Below, in pieces: positions 27,655-36,280 of a DNA stretch of 64,000 nucleotides. The position numbers were made by a program, and so were the translations under genes. Position 1 is the stretch's first letter. Every line of letters begins with the position of its first letter. The notes below the pieces were generated by a model. That model did not search any database. It saw only the letters and a list, made by a program, of their open reading frames with translations, and was not told where the DNA came from. This stretch comes from Candidatus Algichlamydia australiensis. Its GTDB lineage: Bacteria; Chlamydiota; Chlamydiia; Chlamydiales; JAJFMI01. Location: NCBI GenBank assembly GCA_033977065.1, contig JAXCHI010000004.1, forward strand, positions 92,724 through 156,723. The letters are read 5' to 3'.

Positions 27655-27723
27655 CTCAAACCTCCGTTATTGAGATTGATTTCTTACTTTCCCTCCAATT
27701 TTTAGAGGGGACTATTTGTAGCA

Positions 27724-29244
27724 TTAGCCTAGGCGTGACTCTAGGCGTAGCTCTGCATCCAAACCCTCCATTTGAATATGAGGTAGGATACAAATCGAGC
27801 AAGAGTACCAGCCAATATTTCCTTCTTGCTCTTTTACAGAGATAGTGGCTGCCTTAAACGGGAATCTTCTAAGCGTTAGGTTATCAGGATTTGTAATCGC
27901 TGTAGTATAGTTTTCAATCCATCTTGATAGAACGCCCTGGAGATAAGGTGCATCAGCTGAAGAACCGACATTATCAAGGGCTATGATTTTTACGTAGTGT
28001 GCAATTCTTGTAATTGAGTAAGTGTAAGAGAGGTTGCAAACCATCTGAGCATTTTCTGAGTCTTTAGGGTCGACAAAAGCTTTTGGCTTTTTTAACGACT
28101 GGGTGCTAAAAAAGCACGCTTCTCCACTATTTTTTCGATATACAAGGGGAATAAAGCCACACTCGGCAAATTCGAGTTCGCGATACCCTGGAATCACCAT
28201 CTCAACAGGAATTTTTATTTCCTCTTTTCCGCCCATGCTAAAGGTGTGAACAGGTAGTCCCATAATGAGCCCACCCCCTTTTGGTCCTCGTAGGTATTGG
28301 CACCAACCGGACGAGTCAAAGGAGCGATAGAGATTTTTGGCAAAGAGTACAGCAGCATTTCCCCACGAGTACTTGCTGTTATCATGAAAACTCGCCTGTT
28401 TTTCTTTATCATCGGGTTTCATATTTTCAGTGAAATTTAAATCACCGCAAGGATTTTTGACGGGATCCCATGGAAGTCTCTGAACGTAAGAGGGGAGGCA
28501 GAGACCAAGATAAGCAGACTCCTCAGTTTCACGGATAGCGTTGAAAGAGGCGTACTTTGGGTTGCTCATAAGACCCTTGAAATCCTTAATTGCTGCAAGC
28601 TCTTCAATGGTTTCGCATCCGAAAAATTGTGTTGAAACAGAGCTTACAAATGGAGCGTGAGATGCTGCTGCAATTTTGCTCATGATCTTAAGCCACTCCT
28701 CATCTGCAGGAGTATGATCAAATTTATAGAGCCCAATAATACTGCCGAAAGGTTCTCCACCAAACTGGTCATACTCAGCACTGTAAACCTTGGAAAAGAG
28801 GGAAGAGCCTGTAAAGTCAACAGAATTTTTTTCAAAATCTTCTTGTAGTTCTTCTTTAGAGACGTCTAGAAAATCAAGCTTTTGCGCGTTATCAACATTA
28901 TTAAAGTTACACTCCTTTGCAATGTCGAAAAGGCCCATCCAGGATGACTCAAGTTCTTTAAATTCTTTTTTATGAATGATCTCGTTAATTTGGTCGTTTA
29001 TCATCTCATTGATTCGAGAAATAACCTCTTGGATTTTGGCTTTATCGAGGCGGACACTCTGTCGATCGACGTTCCAAATAAGAGCTGCTAGTGTAGAAGC
29101 AAAGCGTGCAGCGTCTGAAACATCTTCGTTAATCACTTTACGTTCTTCTTGGACAATTGGTATAAGAGCTGTCTCTTCATCCCAATCCATGCGAAGGCTC
29201 TTAATTAGCTTCTCTATTGTAATTTCTTCAGTAGCTGTGCTCAT
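27724..29244 (-). CDS. tssC: T6SS contractile sheath large subunit TssC (VipB)
   Basis: 506 aa with strongly conserved TssC blocks (YDQFGGEPFGSIIGLYKF..., IAAASHAPFVSSVS, GFIPLVYRKNSGEACFFSTQSLKKPK). Confidence 0.95.
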   Translation of the reverse strand: MSTATEEITIEKLIKSLRMDWDEETALIPIVQEERKVINEDVSDAARFASTLAALIWNVDRQSVRLDKAKIQEVISRINEMINDQINEIIHKKEFKELESSWMGLFDIAKECNFNNVDNAQKLDFLDVSKEELQEDFEKNSVDFTGSSLFSKVYSAEYDQFGGEPFGSIIGLYKFDHTPADEEWLKIMSKIAAASHAPFVSSVSTQFFGCETIEELAAIKDFKGLMSNPKYASFNAIRETEESAYLGLCLPSYVQRLPWDPVKNPCGDLNFTENMKPDDKEKQASFHDNSKYSWGNAAVLFAKNLYRSFDSSGWCQYLRGPKGGGLIMGLPVHTFSMGGKEEIKIPVEMVIPGYRELEFAECGFIPLVYRKNSGEACFFSTQSLKKPKAFVDPKDSENAQMVCNLSYTYSITRIAHYVKIIALDNVGSSADAPYLQGVLSRWIENYTTAITNPDNLTLRRFPFKAATISVKEQEGNIGWYSCSICILPHIQMEGLDAELRLESRLG

Positions 29245-29777
29245 TTTTTCTCCTCCACTTTTTCCTCTTTTATGGATATTGTGTAGTCCTTCTCATACTT
29301 TTGCAGTTTATTTCGCAGGTTCGCAAAAGATTCAGGATCCGAGTAAAGACGGTTAAGTAGTTGTGCAAACTCTTTTTTATTCGCCACATTTGATTGCATT
29401 TCTTCTAAAAATCTCTTCAATAGAAGAAGAGAACGAATTTCAGGAACACGCTCAGCTATTTTTTGAGGGTTGAATGATTTCATGCTGTCAATAGGCAACT
29501 TGACACGAAGCTCTCCTCCATGTGCACTAAGCTTATTGTCGACAACCATATTTAAACTAATATTCATCTCTTTCATATGATGATCAAAATTATCACCGTT
29601 AATGCTGCGGAGAGAACGCTCATCAAGATCTTTTTTTCGATCTCTAGATGTGCCGTTGGAAAAATTTCCGAGAACCAGTAAGCGAAGAGGAAGGTTAACA
29701 CCTTTCGGCTCACCGTTAATTGTTGTTCTGTATCTGAGAGTGATACGTGACTTTTTTACTTCATCCTGTACTGACAT
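29241..29777 (-). CDS. tssB: T6SS contractile sheath small subunit TssB (VipA)
   Basis: 178 aa with TssB blocks (SRITLRYRT...VNLPLRLLVLGNFS...INGDNFDHHMKEMNISL...FNPQKIAERVPEIRSLLLLKRFL). ATGA overlap with tssC. Confidence 0.95.
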   Translation of the reverse strand: MSVQDEVKKSRITLRYRTTINGEPKGVNLPLRLLVLGNFSNGTSRDRKKDLDERSLRSINGDNFDHHMKEMNISLNMVVDNKLSAHGGELRVKLPIDSMKSFNPQKIAERVPEIRSLLLLKRFLEEMQSNVANKKEFAQLLNRLYSDPESFANLRNKLQKYEKDYTISIKEEKVEEKK

Positions 29778-29882
29778 TTTGCCTCCTACGAGTAACCTTT
29801 ATGGCTTTTCAGGAAATCAGACTACACCAGGTCAAAATGTTAAGTCAATAACAAAATTATGTTATTTAAAAATTAAGAAATC

Positions 29883-29911
29883 TTGCGTAAAAATTTTCAC
29901 TTTCATACCAT
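29883..29911 (+). promoter_or_regulatory. candidate sigma70-like promoter (TTGCGT-17 nt-TACCAT) in the divergent tssB / 29940-operon intergenic region
   Basis: The hexamers and 17-nt spacer were read from the sequence, about 28 nt upstream of the GGGAGG-preceded ATG at 29940. Pattern match only. Confidence 0.3.
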
Positions 29912-29939
29912 TTTCCTTGAATTTACCTGGGAGGTTTCT

Positions 29940-31268
29940 ATGGTATACATATCTGGTCCTAGCGATACCCTTGGACAGCTAAAAGAAATTGATGGTTATC
30001 AAGGGTCTTTAGAGGAGTACTGCCAAAAGTTCAATACGCAGAATGGAACGAGTTATCTAAACACAGATGCTCGTCTGCTTCCGTATTACCCTTATATTTT
30101 AATTTCTGAACCACCAATCGATGTGGAGGGGGCTCAAGAAGCTGTTTCAGTTATAAAAAACTTTCCAGAGGAAGTTCGAGAGCGCATGCGTCTTATGCAA
30201 GTGGAAGGGATTGATATGTTAACGCACCTCGCATTGTCAGAGGTTTTTGATAAAGCAAGGCGTTACGCTGATAGTGCAAGGAGTTGGATGGATGAGCCCT
30301 TGATTACGACCCCATGGAATTTTATTAATGTTTCGCTAACGAACCAATCAGCAATTGATCTGGTTACTGGAGCATTACCAGACGTAACAGAAGCGATACT
30401 TAAGAGTTCATTTCCCTATGATCCGTTACATGCTCTATCCTTTCATATGATGGAAATGGATAAGTCCAATCGGGAGCTTGCTCGACTCAATTTGATAAAA
30501 GGAAGAGATAATGATCCCAATTTTTTTAGACAGAAAGAGCAATTGCGCGAGAGTGTTAAAATGCATAAATTGGAAATCAAAAGAATCTTGCCCGCTAGTT
30601 TAGATAGCGAACTCCAGAAGTTTTTACGAAAAATATATACACCAGATGTAATTAGAAAAATTAGAAATGGAGTCTTATCAAGTAGATTAGCTCGAAAAGG
30701 GGCAAAAAGCTCGAATTCTAAAATTCAAGCAAGGTCGGTATTATCTGAGTTGCAATTTATGACTAAAACTGGTCTTGAAACTTTCGAGAAAAGAATGGCA
30801 ATGCTTAAAACAGTTGGCGGTACCTTAGGTTCTACGGGGACGTTTCTTTCGTATGGATTGGTTGCGTATGATACAGAACGTGCATACCACGAGGGGGATG
30901 GAGTGATGAAGACATTTTTCAGCGAAATGGCAGGTCTTGAAGTTAGTGCTTACATGAGTGCTGCAGTAACATCACGAGTACTTATGGGTGTTAGCGCAAT
31001 TGCTGGAGAAGAGCTCTTGGTAGGGGGTGCCATTGTTTGTGCTGCAACTGTAGGTTGGGTCGTAGTTTTGGGCGCAGGCCTATTAGCCGCAGGATATGTA
31101 GGAGCGAAAGCGACGGGAATCATTCAGTATTTATGGGAACCTGAAAATCGAAAAGAAGTGTGGGAAGAGGTAAAAGCTAATACTCACGCTGCGGAAAAAC
31201 ATATTATAGATGCGTGGGACACCTCTCGAGATTGGGTTCGCCATTTTTATGCCGGTTCAGATGAGTGA
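29940..31268 (+). CDS. hypothetical protein with C-terminal Gly/Ala-rich transmembrane cluster
   Basis: I chose the start at 29940 (GGGAGG 6 nt upstream) rather than the track start at 29883. The C-terminal 120 aa hold 2-4 hydrophobic Gly-rich helices (VSAIAGEELLVGGAIVCAATVGWVVVLGAGLLAAGYVGAKATG). Confidence 0.6.
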   Translation: MVYISGPSDTLGQLKEIDGYQGSLEEYCQKFNTQNGTSYLNTDARLLPYYPYILISEPPIDVEGAQEAVSVIKNFPEEVRERMRLMQVEGIDMLTHLALSEVFDKARRYADSARSWMDEPLITTPWNFINVSLTNQSAIDLVTGALPDVTEAILKSSFPYDPLHALSFHMMEMDKSNRELARLNLIKGRDNDPNFFRQKEQLRESVKMHKLEIKRILPASLDSELQKFLRKIYTPDVIRKIRNGVLSSRLARKGAKSSNSKIQARSVLSELQFMTKTGLETFEKRMAMLKTVGGTLGSTGTFLSYGLVAYDTERAYHEGDGVMKTFFSEMAGLEVSAYMSAAVTSRVLMGVSAIAGEELLVGGAIVCAATVGWVVVLGAGLLAAGYVGAKATGIIQYLWEPENRKEVWEEVKANTHAAEKHIIDAWDTSRDWVRHFYAGSDE

Positions 31269-31334
31269 TTATTTGCATAAATTTGATTTTTTGTTAATAA
31301 TCCCTGAGTTAACGCTAGCCTAATCAGGTTTTTT

Positions 31335-33017
31335 ATGGATAACATAGGAAAAATTTTTCTCCTGTTTGCATCAATTGGCATCTGTTTGTTTGGAGTTGAT
31401 GAAGAGATAGTAGGAGATGAAGAAGTGCAGCGAAAAGGCAGAGGCTGGGGTGATTGGTTCACTACGTGGACACTTTCTGAAAAGGCAGAAGGAGCCTACC
31501 GCAGTGTTTTTAAGGCTGAAGAGTGGGCGCCTATAGACAATAGCCAAATAGAACAGGCACAAAAAACACTTAAACAACTTGAAACTGAAATTGACGGTCT
31601 AAAGATTCATCGTAACGCGTTAGAAATAAATATTAATAATTTAAAAGGTGAGTATGAAGAATTAAAGGAAGAAGTTGAACCGAGGATTTCAAACCTTAAA
31701 GCAGACGAAAGAGGGCTTGACGGATGGGAATTAAAGCTTAAAAATAGGGGGGAAAATCTAAAGATAATAGAAGAAAAACTTCAAGAAGATAAAGATCAAT
31801 ATGAAATTGATAAAGCTTTATTAGAAACAAAGCTTAAGGAAGAAATTCCGGTATTGAGAGAAGGATATGAAAGTGAGCGAGGATTTTATCAAACGCGAAT
31901 GCAGGCGTTAAGGAGTGCAAAGCAGAGGTATATCCCAGATGCTAAATGTGAAACTACCCTCAAACAGTTTTCTTACTTTGTCTATGATCCTCTGCCCGTT
32001 AGCAGATGGCTTGCAAATATGAGCCTAAGTAGTTTTTATGAGAGTGACCTGGGCACACTATTCCGAGAGCATCAAAATTTCATCGATATTAACTCCATGA
32101 ATCGCTTTGAAATTTGGCTAGAACCCTTTGGTCTCTACTCTCTCTGGGATCAAGATGGGGAGAAGATTCAATGTAGAATGCAAGCAGTTGGTTTTACGAT
32201 GGGAGGAGGAGTTTCCTTTGCTGACCAGTGTGCTCTTGGTCTTGGCTTTGGATATTGGTATACAGATTTGCGTTCTAGAGATAGTGATGAATTTAAGGGA
32301 GGGTACGACACCTTTGTTCTTGGGCCCTATTTTAATTGGAGTTTTGGCAAAGGATATTTTGGATTGATGCTTTGGGGTGGATGGAGCGATTTTTCTGTTA
32401 GCAGAGAGGGACAGTTTGATGAGATAGTTCAGCGAACAGAGAATACTCACACAGGATGGAGTTTAGCAGGAAGAGCAGAACTGGGGTATTCATTTGTAGT
32501 GGGAAATATTGCAGCAAACCCCACCTTTATCAAGCCTTTCATCACTTTTGATTACTACAGTGATTTTCAAGAGGCGTATACAGAAGAGAATGGTTCCAAT
32601 AAAGCGTATGGTGCTATTGAAATATATAAAGTAGAAAACAACAGACACTGCAACTTTTTAAGTACTAAAGCTGCTCTTGAATGTAAAAAAGAGTATCATA
32701 AGCATGGAAAAGGCTACTTTATTCCAACGGCTACAGTTGGCTGGCGCTATTTACACCCACTTGCTTGTGATGACTCTAAAGTAAAGTGCTTTATTGCGCC
32801 GGATGAAGGTGATGCAAGCGACAAAAAAGCTGCTTTAGGGGCAGCTTTGCATACAGTCTCGCATACTAGTTATGTATCAAATAATCAAATATTTTTAGAC
32901 ACAGGTTTTGCTTATATTGCTCGCAATGGTATTGCAACTGCATTGCAAATTGAAGCAAGCATTGGCTCACACTATCAAATTTATGGCGCAGAGGTACGCC
33001 TAGAAATTGGCTGGTAA
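31335..33017 (+). CDS. secreted coiled-coil protein with C-terminal autotransporter-type beta-barrel domain
   Basis: A signal-like N-terminus (IFLLFASIGICLFG) is followed by about 150 aa of heptad-rich coiled coil. The C-terminal approx 300 aa show alternating aromatic/Gly beta-strand patterns (GFTMGGGVSFAD...LGLGFGYWYTD...GPYFNWSFGKGYFGLMLWGGW...GRAELGYSF). The protein ends in an aromatic residue (LEIGW). Confidence 0.6.
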   Translation: MDNIGKIFLLFASIGICLFGVDEEIVGDEEVQRKGRGWGDWFTTWTLSEKAEGAYRSVFKAEEWAPIDNSQIEQAQKTLKQLETEIDGLKIHRNALEININNLKGEYEELKEEVEPRISNLKADERGLDGWELKLKNRGENLKIIEEKLQEDKDQYEIDKALLETKLKEEIPVLREGYESERGFYQTRMQALRSAKQRYIPDAKCETTLKQFSYFVYDPLPVSRWLANMSLSSFYESDLGTLFREHQNFIDINSMNRFEIWLEPFGLYSLWDQDGEKIQCRMQAVGFTMGGGVSFADQCALGLGFGYWYTDLRSRDSDEFKGGYDTFVLGPYFNWSFGKGYFGLMLWGGWSDFSVSREGQFDEIVQRTENTHTGWSLAGRAELGYSFVVGNIAANPTFIKPFITFDYYSDFQEAYTEENGSNKAYGAIEIYKVENNRHCNFLSTKAALECKKEYHKHGKGYFIPTATVGWRYLHPLACDDSKVKCFIAPDEGDASDKKAALGAALHTVSHTSYVSNNQIFLDTGFAYIARNGIATALQIEASIGSHYQIYGAEVRLEIGW

Positions 33018-33843
33018 AATACAAAAAAAACTGCAAGAGCAGATCAAACGTTTTGATGTTGGGCCTCTTTTGCAACTTCTCTACACCCTGGGATATACTC
33101 AAGAGGAAGTTCTTTTCGAGTCAAATCCCGATCTCTCATCTAGAGATAGCGTTTGTGAAGAGATCTCTTTTCAGAATGAATTTCCACAAGTAAGGATTTT
33201 GCTTAATCGGGGGCTTTTATCTAATGCTTCTGCCCTTCCCTCTTACTTTCGAAAAAAAATGGATGAGGGGGAGCTAAATAGCCACCTTTTTTCTAGGTTT
33301 CTAAGCTTTTTTGATCACCACTTAGCTGAGCATTCACTTTCAGCTAAGCTGCTTGATCAAGGGGGCGCGTACTTTGATTGGGAAGAGACGCAACAGCACT
33401 ATCTTCGATTCCTTGTATTCAATAGCATTTCTACTATCTGTTTTCTTTTCCAACTTTGTTTTCCAGAACTAGTTATAAAAGTTTTTAAGTCTCCTAAAAT
33501 AATAAAATTAGAGGGATCTTCCTTGATTTTGGGAAAAGCATTTTTGGGTAAATCATATTTAGGAGAGAACTCATACAAAATACTACCTAGTTATGAAGTG
33601 ATGATTTTTAGCGATCAATCACACACAGACTGTGAAATTCCATGGCCGAAAGAGGCGCGTGAAAGACTATTGGAAATAATCTTTCCCTTTTTACACGGAA
33701 TGAACCTATATCTGATTGTAAAAATGATTTTCGAAGATTGTAAAAATCCTATCTATTTAAAGGAAGAGCCAATTTTAGGGTATGGAACGGTTGGTGTAAT
33801 TGAAGGGCCTCTAATAACTCACCTATTTTCCGGAGAAGTTTAA
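33007..33843 (+). CDS. tssG: T6SS baseplate protein TssG
   Basis: 278 aa with TssG-like motifs (FDVGPLLQLLYTLGY...EISFQNEFPQVRILLNRGLLSNASALPSYF...FLSFFDHHL). An 11-nt overlap links it to the upstream barrel-protein gene. Confidence 0.72.
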   Translation: MAGKIQKKLQEQIKRFDVGPLLQLLYTLGYTQEEVLFESNPDLSSRDSVCEEISFQNEFPQVRILLNRGLLSNASALPSYFRKKMDEGELNSHLFSRFLSFFDHHLAEHSLSAKLLDQGGAYFDWEETQQHYLRFLVFNSISTICFLFQLCFPELVIKVFKSPKIIKLEGSSLILGKAFLGKSYLGENSYKILPSYEVMIFSDQSHTDCEIPWPKEARERLLEIIFPFLHGMNLYLIVKMIFEDCKNPIYLKEEPILGYGTVGVIEGPLITHLFSGEV

Positions 33844-33864
33844 AATTCAAGTTATTACTCAATT

Positions 33865-33886
33865 TCTCCTCTGAGGAGATCTTTTT
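33865..33886 (+). terminator. weak rho-independent terminator candidate after tssG
   Basis: TCTCC-TCTGA-GGAGA hairpin followed by TCTTTTT. The stem is short and the call is marginal. Confidence 0.3.
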
Positions 33887-33954
33887 CTCCGAGGGGGAAG
33901 GGGGAAGTAGTTTGGATGTTTAAAGTTTGCTCTTCAGTACAAGGGCCTTCAGAT

Positions 33955-35484
33955 TCAACGAGGGTAGACGTTTCGCAGAGATCGATCTAGTGACTTCAAG
34001 GCTTTGGGGTAGTGATCTTTTGCGCTTGTGATGGTGCGACAGATTTCAAAATGTTTGGCTGCTTGGCGCAAGTCGGAGCGCTCAAGCGAAAGTGCAGCAA
34101 GGTAATACTCGACAGTAGGATTTTGTGAATCAAGCGCATGGTAAGCTTGTAGGCATTCTAAACCCTCTTTACCACGACCGAGCTGCAGGTAGGTGATGGC
34201 AAGATGAAACCATCCATCGCGAAAGCGGGGGAAGCGTTTGAGTATTTTATGCAAATCTTTCTGTTTAGCGAGGATTGAAGTGCGTGATTCATCGACACGC
34301 GAGTAGATCGCTTTGAGCCCTTCTACATCGACATGACCATTCAAGTAATCCTCTGGCATCGTCTCTTTGCTCACTGCCCATGGAAAAGGTTTTCCTGCAA
34401 TGGCTTTGAGGTAGGCGGCTCCCTCTTTTTTTTCTCCTTTGATGAGGAGATTGACGCCAAGAAACATTTTTACGAGGGGATCATCGACCATATACACTGC
34501 TGCTTGGCGGTAGCGCTTAATCGCCTCATCATGCTCTCCCCGTTGCCAGAAAACAGAGGCTTGGTTAAAGGCAGCCATGCCAACAACTTCGCGCATGGTA
34601 CGCACATTGAGTGAGCGCGTGTTAATGCTAAGGTAGGCTTCATCATCGACATGAATCCCACGGGCGGTTGTTTCAATATTGATTTTTTCCTCACCTTTTT
34701 CATAGCAGACGTAGATGTGCCCTGGGGGTGTGATGATTTCTAGAGGCAGGTCAAGACGTTGTGCTAAGCATAGATAGAGGATCGAGACGCCCAAACAGAC
34801 TCCTTCATGAGTATCGAGTACAGAGGGGAGAAAGGTATAAAGATCGATATCTTTTATGTGTAGCGAATGGGGAGGAAAGCGATACCCCTTTTCATGAAAA
34901 ATCAGGTTGCTAATTTCCCGGATTTTTTCTCGATCTGTTGCTTTTTCTGGTAACCGGGCTAGAACTTGAAGAGCCATCAGGTCAAGAGTTGCTTCATATG
35001 TTGTGATCTCTTTTCTATTTTCCTGCGGGTTTTCATACTGCTCAAGAAGTAGAGCGCGCGCTAAGTCGATCTCCTCTGAAGGAAGTTTGCGTAATTCTGC
35101 CCTTGAAAAAACTTGATTTCCTTTGAGCTTGCGATTGGGAAGGGGCGAGGCTAATTCTTGAATTAAGGAGATCTGTTTGCTGTTTAGCGATGTCTTAGGA
35201 GCGTGTGGTTGCTGATTGACAAGACGAATAAGGGGGGCAAAATCGAGTTCTGGCAGTTGCAAATCGCCCTCAATGGGCCTACCTCCAGGGTGTGCGCAGC
35301 AGAGTAATCGCCAGGCATTGAGCAGGGCTTTTCGACCTTGCTTTGTCTCAGGATAGAGGTGGTAGAAAGCAAATTGTTTGGAGATAGAGTTTGGTTCTAG
35401 GCTGTAGTAGATTGTATCGAGCTCTTTTTCTGTAGGTTTAGGGGGGGAAAGCAGGGAGACAGCAATAAAAAAAATATTTAACAT
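33955..35484 (-). CDS. secreted transglutaminase-like / TPR-repeat protein (SirB1/UPF0162-like architecture)
   Basis: The start is probably the internal Met giving a signal peptide (MLNIFFIAVSLLSPP). The central Cys...His...Asp region (GVCLGVSILYLCLAQRL...PGHIYVCY...IETTARG) resembles the transglutaminase-like fold. TPR-like repeats follow at the C-terminus. Confidence 0.55.
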   Translation of the reverse strand: MLNIFFIAVSLLSPPKPTEKELDTIYYSLEPNSISKQFAFYHLYPETKQGRKALLNAWRLLCCAHPGGRPIEGDLQLPELDFAPLIRLVNQQPHAPKTSLNSKQISLIQELASPLPNRKLKGNQVFSRAELRKLPSEEIDLARALLLEQYENPQENRKEITTYEATLDLMALQVLARLPEKATDREKIREISNLIFHEKGYRFPPHSLHIKDIDLYTFLPSVLDTHEGVCLGVSILYLCLAQRLDLPLEIITPPGHIYVCYEKGEEKINIETTARGIHVDDEAYLSINTRSLNVRTMREVVGMAAFNQASVFWQRGEHDEAIKRYRQAAVYMVDDPLVKMFLGVNLLIKGEKKEGAAYLKAIAGKPFPWAVSKETMPEDYLNGHVDVEGLKAIYSRVDESRTSILAKQKDLHKILKRFPRFRDGWFHLAITYLQLGRGKEGLECLQAYHALDSQNPTVEYYLAALSLERSDLRQAAKHFEICRTITSAKDHYPKALKSLDRSLRNVYPR

Positions 35485-35599
35485 AAATCTCAATTTTAGC
35501 AGAATCTCTATTAAAACTTCCAATATTTATAGTTATATATTAATTATATTATAAAATTTATTTAAATTGTTTCTATTAATATTGTAATTAGTTATAATT

Positions 35600-36280
35600 A
35601 TGAGAAACAGACAGCCTACTATAAATACTATGGATAAAATGTATGGACTTGGCCAACCAAGACTACCAAATGAAACACCCCTACCTCGAACTGAAGTCAG
35701 AGGTCCCGCAATAAATATCGTTTTTTCTGGACCCAGATCTACACCTATGCCTGGACTTCCCAAGCCTGATTCCGAGATTTTTAACGCACGCCGCGAAGAT
35801 CTTGAGCAGATGAGGGTGGAAGTGGGCTCTTTATCTGACTCTGAAGATGAGTTTATGAGTGATGCGCTTCAAGGAGTTCAAGAAACTGCAGAGTTACTTA
35901 ACAACGATCCCACAGCCGGTATGAAACAAGTAGATGAAGCAATGTCTTCGCTAAGTTTGAATCCTGCAGCTACTCCAAATGTTTCGGAACATTTAGGTGC
36001 AGCAATGTCTTTGTTAGATCTTAACCCAGGTCCTTCCCCAGCACGTATACCAACAGCACCTGGTAAGGTTACTCGGAAAGATCCACCAAATATTAAGAGG
36101 CAACATCGAGAAGCAAAAGGGCATAAATTTGGCAGCGGACGAGGCCGAACACGTCTTATTCCTCTCCATCTTAATCTCAGAAGTGTAACAAATGGTAAAA
36201 CGACTGTTGTGATAAGACCTCTAAATAAGGCCGCATCCGGTAAGTCCAGTTCTCTTCGACGATTTGGCCGGGGCGATTAA
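35600..36280 (+). CDS. hypothetical Pro/Ser-rich, probably disordered protein
   Basis: 226 aa and low complexity. Its 3' end overlaps the convergent malQ 3' end by about 100 nt. Coding status is uncertain. Confidence 0.4.
   Translation: MRNRQPTINTMDKMYGLGQPRLPNETPLPRTEVRGPAINIVFSGPRSTPMPGLPKPDSEIFNARREDLEQMRVEVGSLSDSEDEFMSDALQGVQETAELLNNDPTAGMKQVDEAMSSLSLNPAATPNVSEHLGAAMSLLDLNPGPSPARIPTAPGKVTRKDPPNIKRQHREAKGHKFGSGRGRTRLIPLHLNLRSVTNGKTTVVIRPLNKAASGKSSSLRRFGRGD

Noticed and set aside
27637-29244. The identical MSTATE N-termini of TssC and the Hcp-slot protein, as evidence of gene duplication or a shared signal.
   Set aside because: The similarity covers only six codons and does not extend further in either protein or DNA. 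That is too short to distinguish from chance, so I mention it only as a side note.
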